Origin: Terriglobia bacterium
GTDB lineage: Bacteria > Acidobacteriota > Terriglobia > Acidiferrales > UBA7541
Length of the DNA stretch: 64,000 bases
Direction of reading: 5' to 3'
Assembly: GCA_963695545.1 (NCBI GenBank)
Contig: OY968796.1
Span: forward strand, 1,408,001 to 1,472,000
The notes under the pieces were generated by a model. That model ran no database searches, had not been told where the DNA came from, and was given only the letters and a program-made list of their open reading frames with translations. Positions within the stretch are counted from its first letter, which is position 1; each line of letters starts with the position of its first letter. Below, piece after piece: positions 47,950 to 57,690 of this stretch. A program made the translations under genes and the position numbers.

Positions 47950-49332
47950 TCACTTCACGAACCTCGGCGGCTCGCCTTTCGACCACGGATCATAAGTGCG
48001 CGCAAATCGAATCCGCTCGTCGACCGAGGGATGGTCTTCAAACCAAATTTTATCGATCCATGACGGATGAGGCTCTTCAAGATCCACTTCGCCCAGAATC
48101 TCGAAGGCGCGCGCGGCAACTTCAGGCGCGTCCGGCACGATTCCGTGGATCACTTCGAGGCCGAATTGATCGGCTTGATGCTCGAAATACCGGCTGACGG
48201 CGTTATCGATCGGCGTGAACAGAAAACCGAAGATGGAAAGGAGCAGGAACAAAATCGGGAGCGAAGCCAAGTCGTCGGGCGCGCGAATGGAACACTTGCC
48301 GCCGCGCCAGGCCAGCAGCGAGCGCAGAAAGCGATCGCCCAAGAAGAAAAAAATCAGCAGCACGACGGACGAAAACGCGATGCCCTTTGGAATATGATGG
48401 AGAACGTAGTGTCCCATTTCGTGGCCGACCACGAAGAGAATTTCCGGCGGCGTCATGCGCGCAATCGTAGTGTCCCACACGACGACGCGCTCGGACGCGC
48501 CGATGCCGGAGACGTAGGCGTTGACAGAGTTCACTTTCGCGCTGGCGGTCATTTCGTAGATGCGGTCTTGCGGAATATCCAGACCGCCGTGGCGCACGAG
48601 CTGCTCGATTTCAGCCGCGAGCGCCGGCTGCGTTTTCGCGAGCGGCTTGAAATCGAAGAAACGCGGTTCGATCACGAACGGGCTGATGAAAAGCAGAAAA
48701 ATCAGAATCGGGATCGAAGCCAGCCAGAAGTAGAACCACCAGCGTTTTGGGCTTCGGCGAAGAGTGGCGTACAGAATCCACACCAGGAAAATGGCGAGGA
48801 TCATGCTGAGCCCTTCGGCTTTCAGCCAATCGAGAAACCACGGGGCCCAGCCTTCGATCGATTGGTGAAACCGCCGCTCGATGCATTGCTGCCAGATGGA
48901 AATCGGCAAACTCGCGATGTCGATCGTAAGCAGCAGCAACGGTGCGTAAAGAAGGGCTTGCCAAAAATGGTGGAGGGGCGCCGCGCGCTCGGCCAAATCG
49001 CGATAGAGCGGCGCAACTCGGAATTCCAGGATCACAATCAAGAGCAGCAGGCCGTACGCGAAATCAACGAAATACAGATGATGCTGCGCGCGGCTGTAGG
49101 CGATCGCTTCGTCGGCCGTGGCGGCCGGCGGCTGATACGTTTCGGGCGCTTCGTTCGGCGAGGTAGCTGGGGCGGCGCTGGATGCGGCGGGAGACGCGGC
49201 TTGGCCAACGGGGGCTTGCGCGCGGGCCGTGACTCCGGGCAACAGCAACTGCGCCGCGAGGAACAAAACCGCAGCGATCCAAAATCTTGATCGCAGTCGA
49301 CGCCCACGCGAACTACGGAGCGGCAATTTCAT
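47950..49332 (-). CDS. M48 family metallopeptidase (Ste24-like)
   Basis: Multiple TM segments, NAYVSG, HEMGH, EHQADQF, DHPS. Confidence 0.92.
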   Translation of the reverse strand: MKLPLRSSRGRRLRSRFWIAAVLFLAAQLLLPGVTARAQAPVGQAASPAASSAAPATSPNEAPETYQPPAATADEAIAYSRAQHHLYFVDFAYGLLLLIVILEFRVAPLYRDLAERAAPLHHFWQALLYAPLLLLTIDIASLPISIWQQCIERRFHQSIEGWAPWFLDWLKAEGLSMILAIFLVWILYATLRRSPKRWWFYFWLASIPILIFLLFISPFVIEPRFFDFKPLAKTQPALAAEIEQLVRHGGLDIPQDRIYEMTASAKVNSVNAYVSGIGASERVVVWDTTIARMTPPEILFVVGHEMGHYVLHHIPKGIAFSSVVLLIFFFLGDRFLRSLLAWRGGKCSIRAPDDLASLPILFLLLSIFGFLFTPIDNAVSRYFEHQADQFGLEVIHGIVPDAPEVAARAFEILGEVDLEEPHPSWIDKIWFEDHPSVDERIRFARTYDPWSKGEPPRFVK

Positions 49333-49350
49333 CGAAGCGCGGTACGTGCG

Positions 49351-49983
49351 TTAGGCTTCCTGGCCAGCATCGGGGCCAGCGAAGGCGCCGCGCAGGCCGG
49401 CTTCAAGTCCCGTGGCCAAGGCCCGCCGGGCGCGCCAGATGCGCGCCTTCAGAGCGTTCGGCGTAACGCCGAGCGCTTTGGCGGTTTCTTCCGTGCTCAA
49501 TTCCTGGATCTTGCGCATGCGGAACGACTCACTGAGCGCCGGAGAAAGCTTTTCGAGATTCTCCTCGACGCGGCCGGCCAATTCGACTCCGGCATAGACC
49601 TGCTCTGGATTCGGGCCCGGATCGGCGAAGCGCTCGGCGGCCGGCTGCTCCTCCGCGCTGAGCGATTCGTCGAGCGAGACGGCGGGGCGCGCCTTCAGGC
49701 TGCGCAGGCGCATGCGAGCGGCGTTGATCACGATGCGCGTGAGCCATGTCGAAAATTTCGCGCGGCCCTCGAAGCGCGGCAAGTTGCGATATGCGGCCAG
49801 CAATCCTTCTTGCACCGCGTCTTCGGCATCTTCGCGATTGCCAAGAACGCGCAGCGCAATTTGGTACAGGGCGCGCGTGTTGCGGGCGAAGAGCTTATTG
49901 AGCGCCTCGGAATCGCCTTCGAGCGCCTTGCGCACCAAGGGCGCCTCGGGATCGCTCTTGCCCTGCTCGTTGTGGGCTGACAT
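49351..49983 (-). CDS. ECF RNA polymerase sigma factor
   Basis: DAEDAVQE, FSTWLTRIVIN, region 4 HTH STEETAKALGVTPNALKARIWRAR. Confidence 0.92.
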   Translation of the reverse strand: MSAHNEQGKSDPEAPLVRKALEGDSEALNKLFARNTRALYQIALRVLGNREDAEDAVQEGLLAAYRNLPRFEGRAKFSTWLTRIVINAARMRLRSLKARPAVSLDESLSAEEQPAAERFADPGPNPEQVYAGVELAGRVEENLEKLSPALSESFRMRKIQELSTEETAKALGVTPNALKARIWRARRALATGLEAGLRGAFAGPDAGQEA

Positions 49984-50006
49984 GGTCCGCTTCTCCTATC
50001 TCCATT

Positions 50007-51590
50007 CTAATGCATGGATGCAGATCCGGCTTTATGCGGCCGCATCTTTTTCAACAAGAACATGCAGGGCACGATGGCCAGCGATATAAGGGCCAAAGTC
50101 CTGAAATCGTCCACGTAGGCCAGCATGGTCGCTTGCCGCTCGATCATTCCGTAGAGCAACGCCTGCGCCTGAGCCGCCGCCTGGGCGATGCTCGATCCGT
50201 GCGCGATCAAATTCTGCGCCGTGCCGGAGAGCATGGAGCGGTAAAGATCCGAGAGCGGCGTGGCGTGGCCGACGAGATAAGCCTCGTGCACTTGTGAGCC
50301 GCGCTCGATCTGCGTGGTCACCATGGAGATGCCGACGCTTCCGCCGATGTTGCGCGCTAGGTTGATGATGCCGGTGGCGTTGCTGGTTTTTTCCTTGGGG
50401 ATGAAATAGAACGCCATGACGTTGACCGGCACGAACAAGAAAGCCATGCCGCAGCTCTGATAAATTCGCGCCATCAGTGCCGTATGGAAATCGAGATCGA
50501 GATCGAAATGCGACATGTAGAGCAGCGAAACGGCGAGGATGGCCGCGCCGAACGTCACTAGCCACCGCGCTTCAACCCTTCCAAGCAGCCAGCCTACGAA
50601 CGGCAAAATCGCGATCAACACCAGCGCGCCGGGCGAAAGAACCATGCCGCTGGCTAAAGCCGTGTAGCCGAGAAGCGTCTGCAACATTTCGGGTAAGAGC
50701 ACGGTCGTGCCGTAAAGCACCAAACCCAGAACGAACATCGTGAGCGTGGCCAGCGCGAAATTCCGCTCGCGGAGAAGTCCGAAGTCCACGACCGGCGCTT
50801 TCGAGCGCAACTCCCAAATCACCATGCTCACCAGACACACCACGGCGATCACGGCGCAGGCCACCATGAAGTGCGAGCTGAACCAATCGTCGCGCTCGCC
50901 CTTATCGAGCAGGATCTGCAGCGCGCCGAGGCCCAGGCCCAATAGGCCGATGCCCATGTAGTCGATCTTCAGCGTGCGCAGATTTTCTCGCTTCAGGTAC
51001 GGCGGATCGGAGATCAGGAACTGCGTCATCAGCAGCGAAACCACTCCGACCGGAATGTTGATGAAGAAAATCCAGCGCCAACTGAAATTGTCCGTGATCC
51101 ATCCGCCAAGCGTCGGACCAACGGCCGGTGCGAAGACCACTCCCATCGCATAGACCGCCATTGCGGCGCCTTGCTTGGCCTTTGAAAAGCTCTCGACCAG
51201 AATCGCCTGCGACACCGGCTGCAGCGCGCCGCCGCCGATGCCTTGCAGCACGCGGAAGGTGACGAGAAGCGGCAGCGTGGGCGCGAGACCGCACAGGAAC
51301 GAGCTGATGGTAAACAGGCCGACGCAGAACATGTAGAAGTTTTTTCGTCCGAACAAACGCGAGAACCATCCCGAGAGCGGCAGCACGATGGCGTTTGAGA
51401 CCAAATAACTGGTGACCACCCAGGTGCTTTCGTCCACGCTGGCCGAAAGGCTGCCGGCGATGTGCGGCAGCGCGATGTTGGCCACGCTGGTGTCCAGCAC
51501 TTCCATGAACGTGGCCAGCATGACGGTCACGGCGATCAACCACGGGTTGATCTCGCCGTCACGCTGCGTGAATGAAGGCATGTCGCTCAT
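50007..51590 (-). CDS. DHA2 family MFS efflux permease (EmrB-like)
   Basis: FMEVLDTSVANIALP, GPTLGGWITDNFSWRWIFFINIP. Confidence 0.93.
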   Translation of the reverse strand: MSDMPSFTQRDGEINPWLIAVTVMLATFMEVLDTSVANIALPHIAGSLSASVDESTWVVTSYLVSNAIVLPLSGWFSRLFGRKNFYMFCVGLFTISSFLCGLAPTLPLLVTFRVLQGIGGGALQPVSQAILVESFSKAKQGAAMAVYAMGVVFAPAVGPTLGGWITDNFSWRWIFFINIPVGVVSLLMTQFLISDPPYLKRENLRTLKIDYMGIGLLGLGLGALQILLDKGERDDWFSSHFMVACAVIAVVCLVSMVIWELRSKAPVVDFGLLRERNFALATLTMFVLGLVLYGTTVLLPEMLQTLLGYTALASGMVLSPGALVLIAILPFVGWLLGRVEARWLVTFGAAILAVSLLYMSHFDLDLDFHTALMARIYQSCGMAFLFVPVNVMAFYFIPKEKTSNATGIINLARNIGGSVGISMVTTQIERGSQVHEAYLVGHATPLSDLYRSMLSGTAQNLIAHGSSIAQAAAQAQALLYGMIERQATMLAYVDDFRTLALISLAIVPCMFLLKKMRPHKAGSASMH

Positions 51591-51642
51591 CGTTATTGAT
51601 AGTGCCCAGGCTGAAAGTTCCCGGCGGCGGGGCGCGCCTCTC

Positions 51643-52923
51643 CTACTGAGTCAGAATCGTGACGTCCACATTCATCCCAGGCCGGAGAATGGCTTTTTCC
51701 GGCGGAATCGGATCGAGCAGGATCTTCACCGGAATGCGCTGCACGACTTTGACAAAGTTGCCCGTGGCGTTTTCAGGCGGCAGAAGCGAAAGGCGCGCGC
51801 CCGTTGCGCCTGCGATCGAATCCACGTGCCCCGTAAAAGTTTCGTCGTACATGTCCACGTGAATTTCGGCTTTTTGGCCCGCGTGAACGTCGGCCAGTTG
51901 CGTTTCCTTGTAGTCGGCCGTCACCCACACGTCGTTCAGCGGCACGATCACCAGCAAGCCCTGGCCCGGCTCGACGATCTGGCCAACTTCGACCGATTTG
52001 TGCGTCACCACGCCGTCGACCGGCGCCAGAATGTTCGTGTAGCTCAGTTCGAGTTCGGCGGCGTCCAGATCGGCTTGGGCCTCTGCCACGCGCGCGCGGG
52101 CCGCGGCCGCATCCGAGGCGCGGACGGTCACCATCTTGGAACCGGCGCGCGCTTCGGCCAGGTGCGCGGTGGCCGCGTGAAGATTGGCGTCGGCGATTTG
52201 CTCTTTCTTCTCCGCCTGTGCGAGTTTTTCTTTATCGGCCTGAAGCTGGCCCGCGGCCACGCTCGCCGCTTCCACGTAGCCGTCGTAATCCTGCTGCGAA
52301 ATTTCCGCTTTATCCGCTAGCGGTTTCATGCGCGCGAGATCGGCTTGCGTCTTGTCATACGCTGCTTGGCTCTTTGCGACGTTGGCCTGCGCGTAGGCCA
52401 CGTCGGACGAAGTGGCTTCCTGATAGGCCGCTTGCGAGCTGGCGGCCTCAGCTTCGGCGGCACTGACGTCGCTGGTTGACGTCGCCTGCGTCAGCGGAAC
52501 TTCCGTCGATGCGCCGTTCGCTTGGCTTTCGGCCAGCGCCAACGCCGCGCGGGCTTGGTCCACCTTGGCTTGACTGTCGCGCGGGTCAATGCGCACGAGG
52601 ACTTGACCAGCTTTCACCTGCTGATTGTCCAGCACGAGTATTTCGGAAATGTTGCCGTAAATTTTCGAGGCGATCGGGGTGACGTGCGCGTCGACTTCAG
52701 CGTCGTCGGTTGAAACGCGATTGCGAAAATAAAAATACATTGCCAGCACGATCATGAGCGCCACTACGCCGGCCGCGGCCAGAATCCGCTTGCGCGCGGG
52801 TGTGAGCGCGGAAGCGGGAGCGGATGGCTCCGCGCCGCCGCTGCCGGCTGCAAGGCTGGCTGTGGCTGGTCTCGATTCGAGTTCGAGTGTTTCCGTGCTT
52901 CGTGTATCGTTTTCACTTGGCAT
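51643..52923 (-). CDS. HlyD/EmrA family membrane fusion protein
   Basis: VSTDDA, APVDGVV, LLPPENATGNFVKVVQRIPV; ATG 52923 overlaps the end of the TolC gene. Confidence 0.92.
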   Translation of the reverse strand: MPSENDTRSTETLELESRPATASLAAGSGGAEPSAPASALTPARKRILAAAGVVALMIVLAMYFYFRNRVSTDDAEVDAHVTPIASKIYGNISEILVLDNQQVKAGQVLVRIDPRDSQAKVDQARAALALAESQANGASTEVPLTQATSTSDVSAAEAEAASSQAAYQEATSSDVAYAQANVAKSQAAYDKTQADLARMKPLADKAEISQQDYDGYVEAASVAAGQLQADKEKLAQAEKKEQIADANLHAATAHLAEARAGSKMVTVRASDAAAARARVAEAQADLDAAELELSYTNILAPVDGVVTHKSVEVGQIVEPGQGLLVIVPLNDVWVTADYKETQLADVHAGQKAEIHVDMYDETFTGHVDSIAGATGARLSLLPPENATGNFVKVVQRIPVKILLDPIPPEKAILRPGMNVDVTILTQ

Positions 52924-54325
52924 AGAGCGACTCCATTTGTCCGGTCGAGCGGGCCAGATCCGCGCGCGCTTGGTTGTAGCTGTAGAGCGCGGCAATTTGA
53001 TTGTCGCTGGCGCGCGCGAGGGCGTCCTGCGCCTGGATCACCTCGATGTTGTTGGCCACGCCCGCCGAGAAGCGATCGCGCGCCTGCTGTACTTCTTGCT
53101 GTGCCAGCGAAACGCCCTGGTTCGCCACGTCGACTTCGTTGCGGGCCGAGGCCAGCTCGGCCGCGGCGGTTTTGACGTCGAGCGCGATTTGATTTTCGAG
53201 ATCCTGGCGTCGCTGCGCAATTTTTTTCAATTCCAAATCGCCCAAAACGTCTTCGGCGTGGATGCGACCGCCGGTAAAAAGCGGCACGTCAAACACGACG
53301 GCGTAGTTGTAAGTCGGGATGCCGGTCGCGCTCGAGAGGCCTTCGTAGTCCCAATTGCCGACGACGCGCATCGAGGGCCAGCGCGATTCGCTCGCCGCGC
53401 GCTTCTCATCCGCCGCGGCACGCTCTTGGGCTTCGAGCGCGCGCATCTCGGGACGCGCGGCGTAGGCCGCTTCGAGGCTCTGCTCGATGTTGGCCTCGGG
53501 CGTTTCAAAGAAACTGAGCGCGTCGTCGAGCTCAATCGTCTGGCTCGGGTCCACGTTCAGCAATTGCGCGAGGCCGTAGAGCGAGGTCCGCTCGGTGGTT
53601 TGCGCCACGAGCAGCACCTGCGTTTCGTTTTGCAGCTCGACGTTGGCGCGCAGCGTATCGATTCCGGTCCCCGCGCCGTGCTGCTGCAAATCGTTCGCTT
53701 GATCGTAAAGCGCTTTCGCCAGATCGGCGCGCGATTGCGCGGCGCGCACGTCGGCCGCGGCACGCAGGCAGCCCAAATATTGTGAGACAACCAGCAGCGT
53801 GATTTGTTCGCGCACCGATTGGCGGTCCGCATCGCTCGCGCGAACGTCTTCGCCCGCGGCCTGCCACCGCCGCCACAGCGAAAGGTCCAGCACGGACATC
53901 GAAAATTGCGGCCCCGCCGCGAAAACTTGAAATGGGCCGAGATGTTCCGGCAGGCCCGCGAACGGCTCGCCGAATTCAGCTTCCAGGTTTGCGCGGATCA
54001 CGGAGTCCGAAGCCTCGAGCTTGGCCTGCGGCAATAGCGCCGAGCGCGCCACGTTTTTGTTTTGCACGCTCTCGGCCAGATTGAGCGCGGCAATTTGCAC
54101 TTGCGGATTTTGCCGCAGCGCCAGCGCGACGGCGCCTTGAAGTGTCAGGTGCAACTCGGCTGGCTGCGGAGCAGGAGAATCTTGCGCGTAGGCCGATCCC
54201 GCGAGGATAGCGAGGCCCGCGAGCGCGAGCGGCAAAATCGCTCCGCGCCGAAGGGCGCGGGTCGCCAATTCAACGCGCCGAACCAGCGCGGTAAGTTCTC
54301 GATAATTCCTAGTTTTCAGCATCAC
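52913..54325 (-). CDS. TolC family outer membrane efflux protein
   Basis: LTLQGAVALALRQNP, VPLFTGG, RFSAGVANNIEV, helical repeats. Confidence 0.9.
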   Translation of the reverse strand: MMLKTRNYRELTALVRRVELATRALRRGAILPLALAGLAILAGSAYAQDSPAPQPAELHLTLQGAVALALRQNPQVQIAALNLAESVQNKNVARSALLPQAKLEASDSVIRANLEAEFGEPFAGLPEHLGPFQVFAAGPQFSMSVLDLSLWRRWQAAGEDVRASDADRQSVREQITLLVVSQYLGCLRAAADVRAAQSRADLAKALYDQANDLQQHGAGTGIDTLRANVELQNETQVLLVAQTTERTSLYGLAQLLNVDPSQTIELDDALSFFETPEANIEQSLEAAYAARPEMRALEAQERAAADEKRAASESRWPSMRVVGNWDYEGLSSATGIPTYNYAVVFDVPLFTGGRIHAEDVLGDLELKKIAQRRQDLENQIALDVKTAAAELASARNEVDVANQGVSLAQQEVQQARDRFSAGVANNIEVIQAQDALARASDNQIAALYSYNQARADLARSTGQMESLYAK

Positions 54326-54367
54326 GCCAACCTATTTCATCCCCGTTTCTGAGACGGCTTGCTGATG

Positions 54368-54394
54368 TGACGGCGCAAAGAAAAAACAATTACA
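54368..54394 (-). promoter_or_regulatory. Candidate ECF-sigma promoter for the efflux operon
   Basis: Minus strand TGTAAT-N16-CGTCA, about 45 nt upstream of the TolC start. Confidence 0.45.
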
Positions 54395-54555
54395 GCACAC
54401 CTGAAATGCCATCCCCATTAGATTCTGATCGGAGCGACGGGATGCGGAAATGTCGCCGAATGTTCAGGATAGCATCGGGGTTTGTGGCGGCTCAACCGGA
54501 GACGCGAATGCGTGATTCGCCAAGTACGCCACAGCCATTTGAGCCGGCAGGCCGC

Positions 54556-55203
54556 TCAACTCTTCGGCAAATTCTCTGGGTTGCGGACGATGATCAGGAG
54601 GCGCTCGATCTCGTCCCGATACGGAGCGAGAAAACTTCGGTTGGCGGCGCCGGCTTCCGCGATGCGCCGCTCAAGCGGAGTGCGCGGCGGAGCGGAAGCC
54701 TCGCTCGATTTTTTCTCGCCGGCCACAAGCTGTGGATCCGGCACCACGGCCTCGACGGCGAGGGCGATGCCGAGATACGTGTCGGGATCAATGTGCTGCT
54801 CTTCGGACACGATTTGATCCATCTGCGTGCCGATCTCTGATGCACGTTCCAGTGTTCGCGCGTCCGACGAACTCGGCACGTGTCCCGCGGCGGCAGCAGC
54901 GATTATTTCCCGCGCCTGGGCGAGGGTGGCTTTGTCGTCCGCAGTGGGATTTTGCACGCGGGCGGCGGCGGCGCGCATCACGTTCAGATACAACTCGACG
55001 TCGCTCGCGGTGAGTGGATCAAGTTTCTGTTCAGTGAGCGGCGGGATGCCTGTGGAAGTCGGTGTGGTCGGACCTGCAGTTTGCGCGATCGGTGGCGGAT
55101 GGTTTCGATTGCATCCGGCCACGGTGAACGTCGCGAGTAACGCCAGCGCAGCCATACGACTGAGCGCCACGCTCCGCGGCGAACTGAACCCACTCATCGA
55201 CAT
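54556..55203 (-). CDS. Hypothetical lipoprotein
   Basis: Signal peptide with lipobox VAGC, Pro/Thr linker, helical domain. Confidence 0.65.
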   Translation of the reverse strand: MSMSGFSSPRSVALSRMAALALLATFTVAGCNRNHPPPIAQTAGPTTPTSTGIPPLTEQKLDPLTASDVELYLNVMRAAAARVQNPTADDKATLAQAREIIAAAAAGHVPSSSDARTLERASEIGTQMDQIVSEEQHIDPDTYLGIALAVEAVVPDPQLVAGEKKSSEASAPPRTPLERRIAEAGAANRSFLAPYRDEIERLLIIVRNPENLPKS

Positions 55204-55302
55204 TTATTTTTCACGGCGCGCGAAAATCATAGGCGCGCGGCGGCGGATGCGTCAATCGAAACCGGGCACAACGTCGCGGCTGTGGAAAACATAAATTATT
55301 TA

Positions 55303-55358
55303 TTGACAGTCTCTCTCTCTAACCGCATAATTATGCATGTAGTTGCATAATCTTGGCA
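55303..55358 (+). promoter_or_regulatory. sigma70 promoter overlapped by tandem ARG boxes
   Basis: TTGACA 55303-55308, 17-nt spacer, CATAAT 55326-55331; CGCATAATTATGCA and TGCATAATCTTGGC about 20 bp apart. Confidence 0.8.
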
Positions 55359-55385
55359 TGGGTGGTCACGGAGTCCACGTCGACA

Positions 55386-55841
55386 ATGGCTGCAAGGGTC
55401 CAGAAACGGTTTCGGCAAGGGCAGATACTGAAGCTCGTCTCGAATGCGCCGATTTCGAGCCAGCACGAATTGCGCCGTCGCCTCGCGCACGTGAAGGTGC
55501 GCGTCACACAGGCAACGCTATCGCGCGACATGGCCGAACTGAAGTTGGTGAAAACCACCTCCGGCTACAAACCTCTGACGGACCCAGGCAACGACGCTTC
55601 GCCGCTGCCGCCGCTCGAGCGCGCCCTGCGCGAATTTCTGCTCGATCTGCGCCCCTCGGATAATTTGCTGGTTTTGAAGACGCCGCCGTCCGGTGCACAG
55701 CCGCTAGCCGCCGCACTCGACGCCGCGCGAATGAAAGAAGTCGCCGGCACGATCGCCGGCGACGATACGGTGCTGGTGATCGCGGCATCGCGTCAGGCCC
55801 GCGCCACATTGCAGAAGCGCATGGAGGAGATGATCCGGTGA
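55386..55841 (+). CDS. argR: Arginine repressor
   Basis: TQATLSRD, GTIAGDDT. Confidence 0.95.
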   Translation: MAARVQKRFRQGQILKLVSNAPISSQHELRRRLAHVKVRVTQATLSRDMAELKLVKTTSGYKPLTDPGNDASPLPPLERALREFLLDLRPSDNLLVLKTPPSGAQPLAAALDAARMKEVAGTIAGDDTVLVIAASRQARATLQKRMEEMIR

Positions 55842-56875
55842 CGGAACCCACACGGGTCGCCGTCGTCGGAGCTACGGGCTACGCAGGTTTCGAATTGGCC
55901 CGGCTTCTTCTGCGGCACCCACAAATCCCGACGCCCACGTTTTACCTCCGCGAGAGTTCCGCGCCGGGGGTGCGCTGCATTTCCGAATTGTATCCGCAAC
56001 TGCGCGGCGTGGCCGAGGCGCCCTGCCGCACGCTTTCGGTGGACGCCATCGCCGCAAGCGGAGCGACGGTCGCGTTTCTTTCCACACCGCATGAGGCTTC
56101 GGTCGAGCTCGCGCCTGCGCTGCTCGACGCCGGCTTGCGCGTCGTGGATCTTTCGGGAGCGTTCCGCTTCCGCGAGCCCGAGAAATTTGCGCAGTGGTAC
56201 AAATTGCCGGAGCCTCCGCGCCGCTGGACCGAGCAAGCCGTCTACGGCTTGCCCGAGCTCTATGCCGATAAATTGCCGAAGGCGCAGCTCGTGGCCAATC
56301 CTGGTTGCTATCCGACGTCGGTGATCCTGGGATTGAAGCCGCTCGTCGAATCCGGATGGATCGCGCAAGGCCGCGGCGTGGTTTGCGATTGCAAATCCGG
56401 CGCGACGGGCGCGGGTAAAGAACCGAAGCGCGAACTGCAGTTCGCCGAAGTGGACGAGAATTTCCGCGCCTATGGCTTGTTCTCACATCGCCACACGCCG
56501 GAAGTGACGGACCACACGGGCCTCGATCCGCAGGAAATTATTTTTTCGACGCACCTGCTGCCACTCGTGCGCGGAATTCTCTCGACGCTCTACGTGTGGC
56601 TCGACAAGCCGAAGAGCGGCGAAGAAATCGAAGGCTTATACCGCAAGTTCTACGCGGGCCGGCCGATGGTTCGGATCTGGCCGGCGGGGCGCCTGCCGGA
56701 GTTGCAGCACGTGGCGCACACGAATTTCTGCGATATCGGTTTCGCGCTCGATCCTTCGGGCGAACGGCTGGCCGTGGTTTCGTGCCTGGATAATTTGGGC
56801 AAGGGCGCGGCGGGCCAGGCCGTGCAGAACATGAACGGAATGCTGGGAATTGAGGAGGCAATGGGACTCCGATGA
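55838..56875 (+). CDS. argC: N-acetyl-gamma-glutamyl-phosphate reductase
   Basis: GATGYAG, ANPGCYPT, DNLGKGAAGQA. Confidence 0.96.
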   Translation: MTEPTRVAVVGATGYAGFELARLLLRHPQIPTPTFYLRESSAPGVRCISELYPQLRGVAEAPCRTLSVDAIAASGATVAFLSTPHEASVELAPALLDAGLRVVDLSGAFRFREPEKFAQWYKLPEPPRRWTEQAVYGLPELYADKLPKAQLVANPGCYPTSVILGLKPLVESGWIAQGRGVVCDCKSGATGAGKEPKRELQFAEVDENFRAYGLFSHRHTPEVTDHTGLDPQEIIFSTHLLPLVRGILSTLYVWLDKPKSGEEIEGLYRKFYAGRPMVRIWPAGRLPELQHVAHTNFCDIGFALDPSGERLAVVSCLDNLGKGAAGQAVQNMNGMLGIEEAMGLR

Positions 56876-57690
56876 GAATGGTCGTCAAATTCGCCGGCGC
56901 TCTTCTGGATGATCCAAAGACCGTCGAGTCGTTGGCTCGCCAAGTGGCGCAGCTATCGCAGCAAGGGCACGAGCTGCTCGTGATCCATGGCGGCGGAAAG
57001 ATTTTCACCGCGACGCTCAAGCGCATGGGCATGGAGAGCAATTTCATCAACGGACTCCGCGTGACGGATCGCGAAACGCGCGACGCCGCGGTCATGGTAT
57101 TCGCCGGTCTGCTGAATAAGCGCCTCTCGGGCGCGATCTCGGCGGCGGGTCAGCCGGCGGTTGGAATCTGCGCGTCCGATTCCGCATGCTTCCTGGCTGA
57201 GCCGATGGTTCACAACGAAGTCTCGGGCGGACTGGGCTACGTCGGTTACCTAACCGGCGTGAACCTGGAATTTTTGGAATCGCTGTGGAAGTCCGGCCTT
57301 GTGCCGGTCGCGCCGCCGCTCGGCCTTGGCGTTGACGGCGAACTTTATAACATCAACGCCGATCACATGGCCGCAGCCTGCGCCGAATTTATTCACGCCG
57401 ACCGGCTGATCTATCTCACTGACGTCGCGGGCGTGCTCGATGGTCCGAAAGTGGTCAAGGTGCTTTCCTGCGAAGAAGCCGAGGATTTGATACGCCATCA
57501 AAAGGTTTCCGGCGGAATGATCCTGAAACTCGAAGCCTGCAAGCGCGCGCTTTCCGGCGGCGTGGGCCAGGTGCGCATCGTCGGCGGGACACATCAGCGC
57601 GGCCTGCTTTCCGCGGCCAATGGCGAAAAGGGTCCGGGCACGCGCGTGCTGCCCACATTTCCGGCGACCGCGGCAGCGGTGATGCGGTGA
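56872..57690 (+). CDS. argB: Acetylglutamate kinase
   Basis: HGGG, GLRVTD, NINAD, LTDVAGV, SGGMILK. Confidence 0.94.
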   Translation: MRMVVKFAGALLDDPKTVESLARQVAQLSQQGHELLVIHGGGKIFTATLKRMGMESNFINGLRVTDRETRDAAVMVFAGLLNKRLSGAISAAGQPAVGICASDSACFLAEPMVHNEVSGGLGYVGYLTGVNLEFLESLWKSGLVPVAPPLGLGVDGELYNINADHMAAACAEFIHADRLIYLTDVAGVLDGPKVVKVLSCEEAEDLIRHQKVSGGMILKLEACKRALSGGVGQVRIVGGTHQRGLLSAANGEKGPGTRVLPTFPATAAAVMR

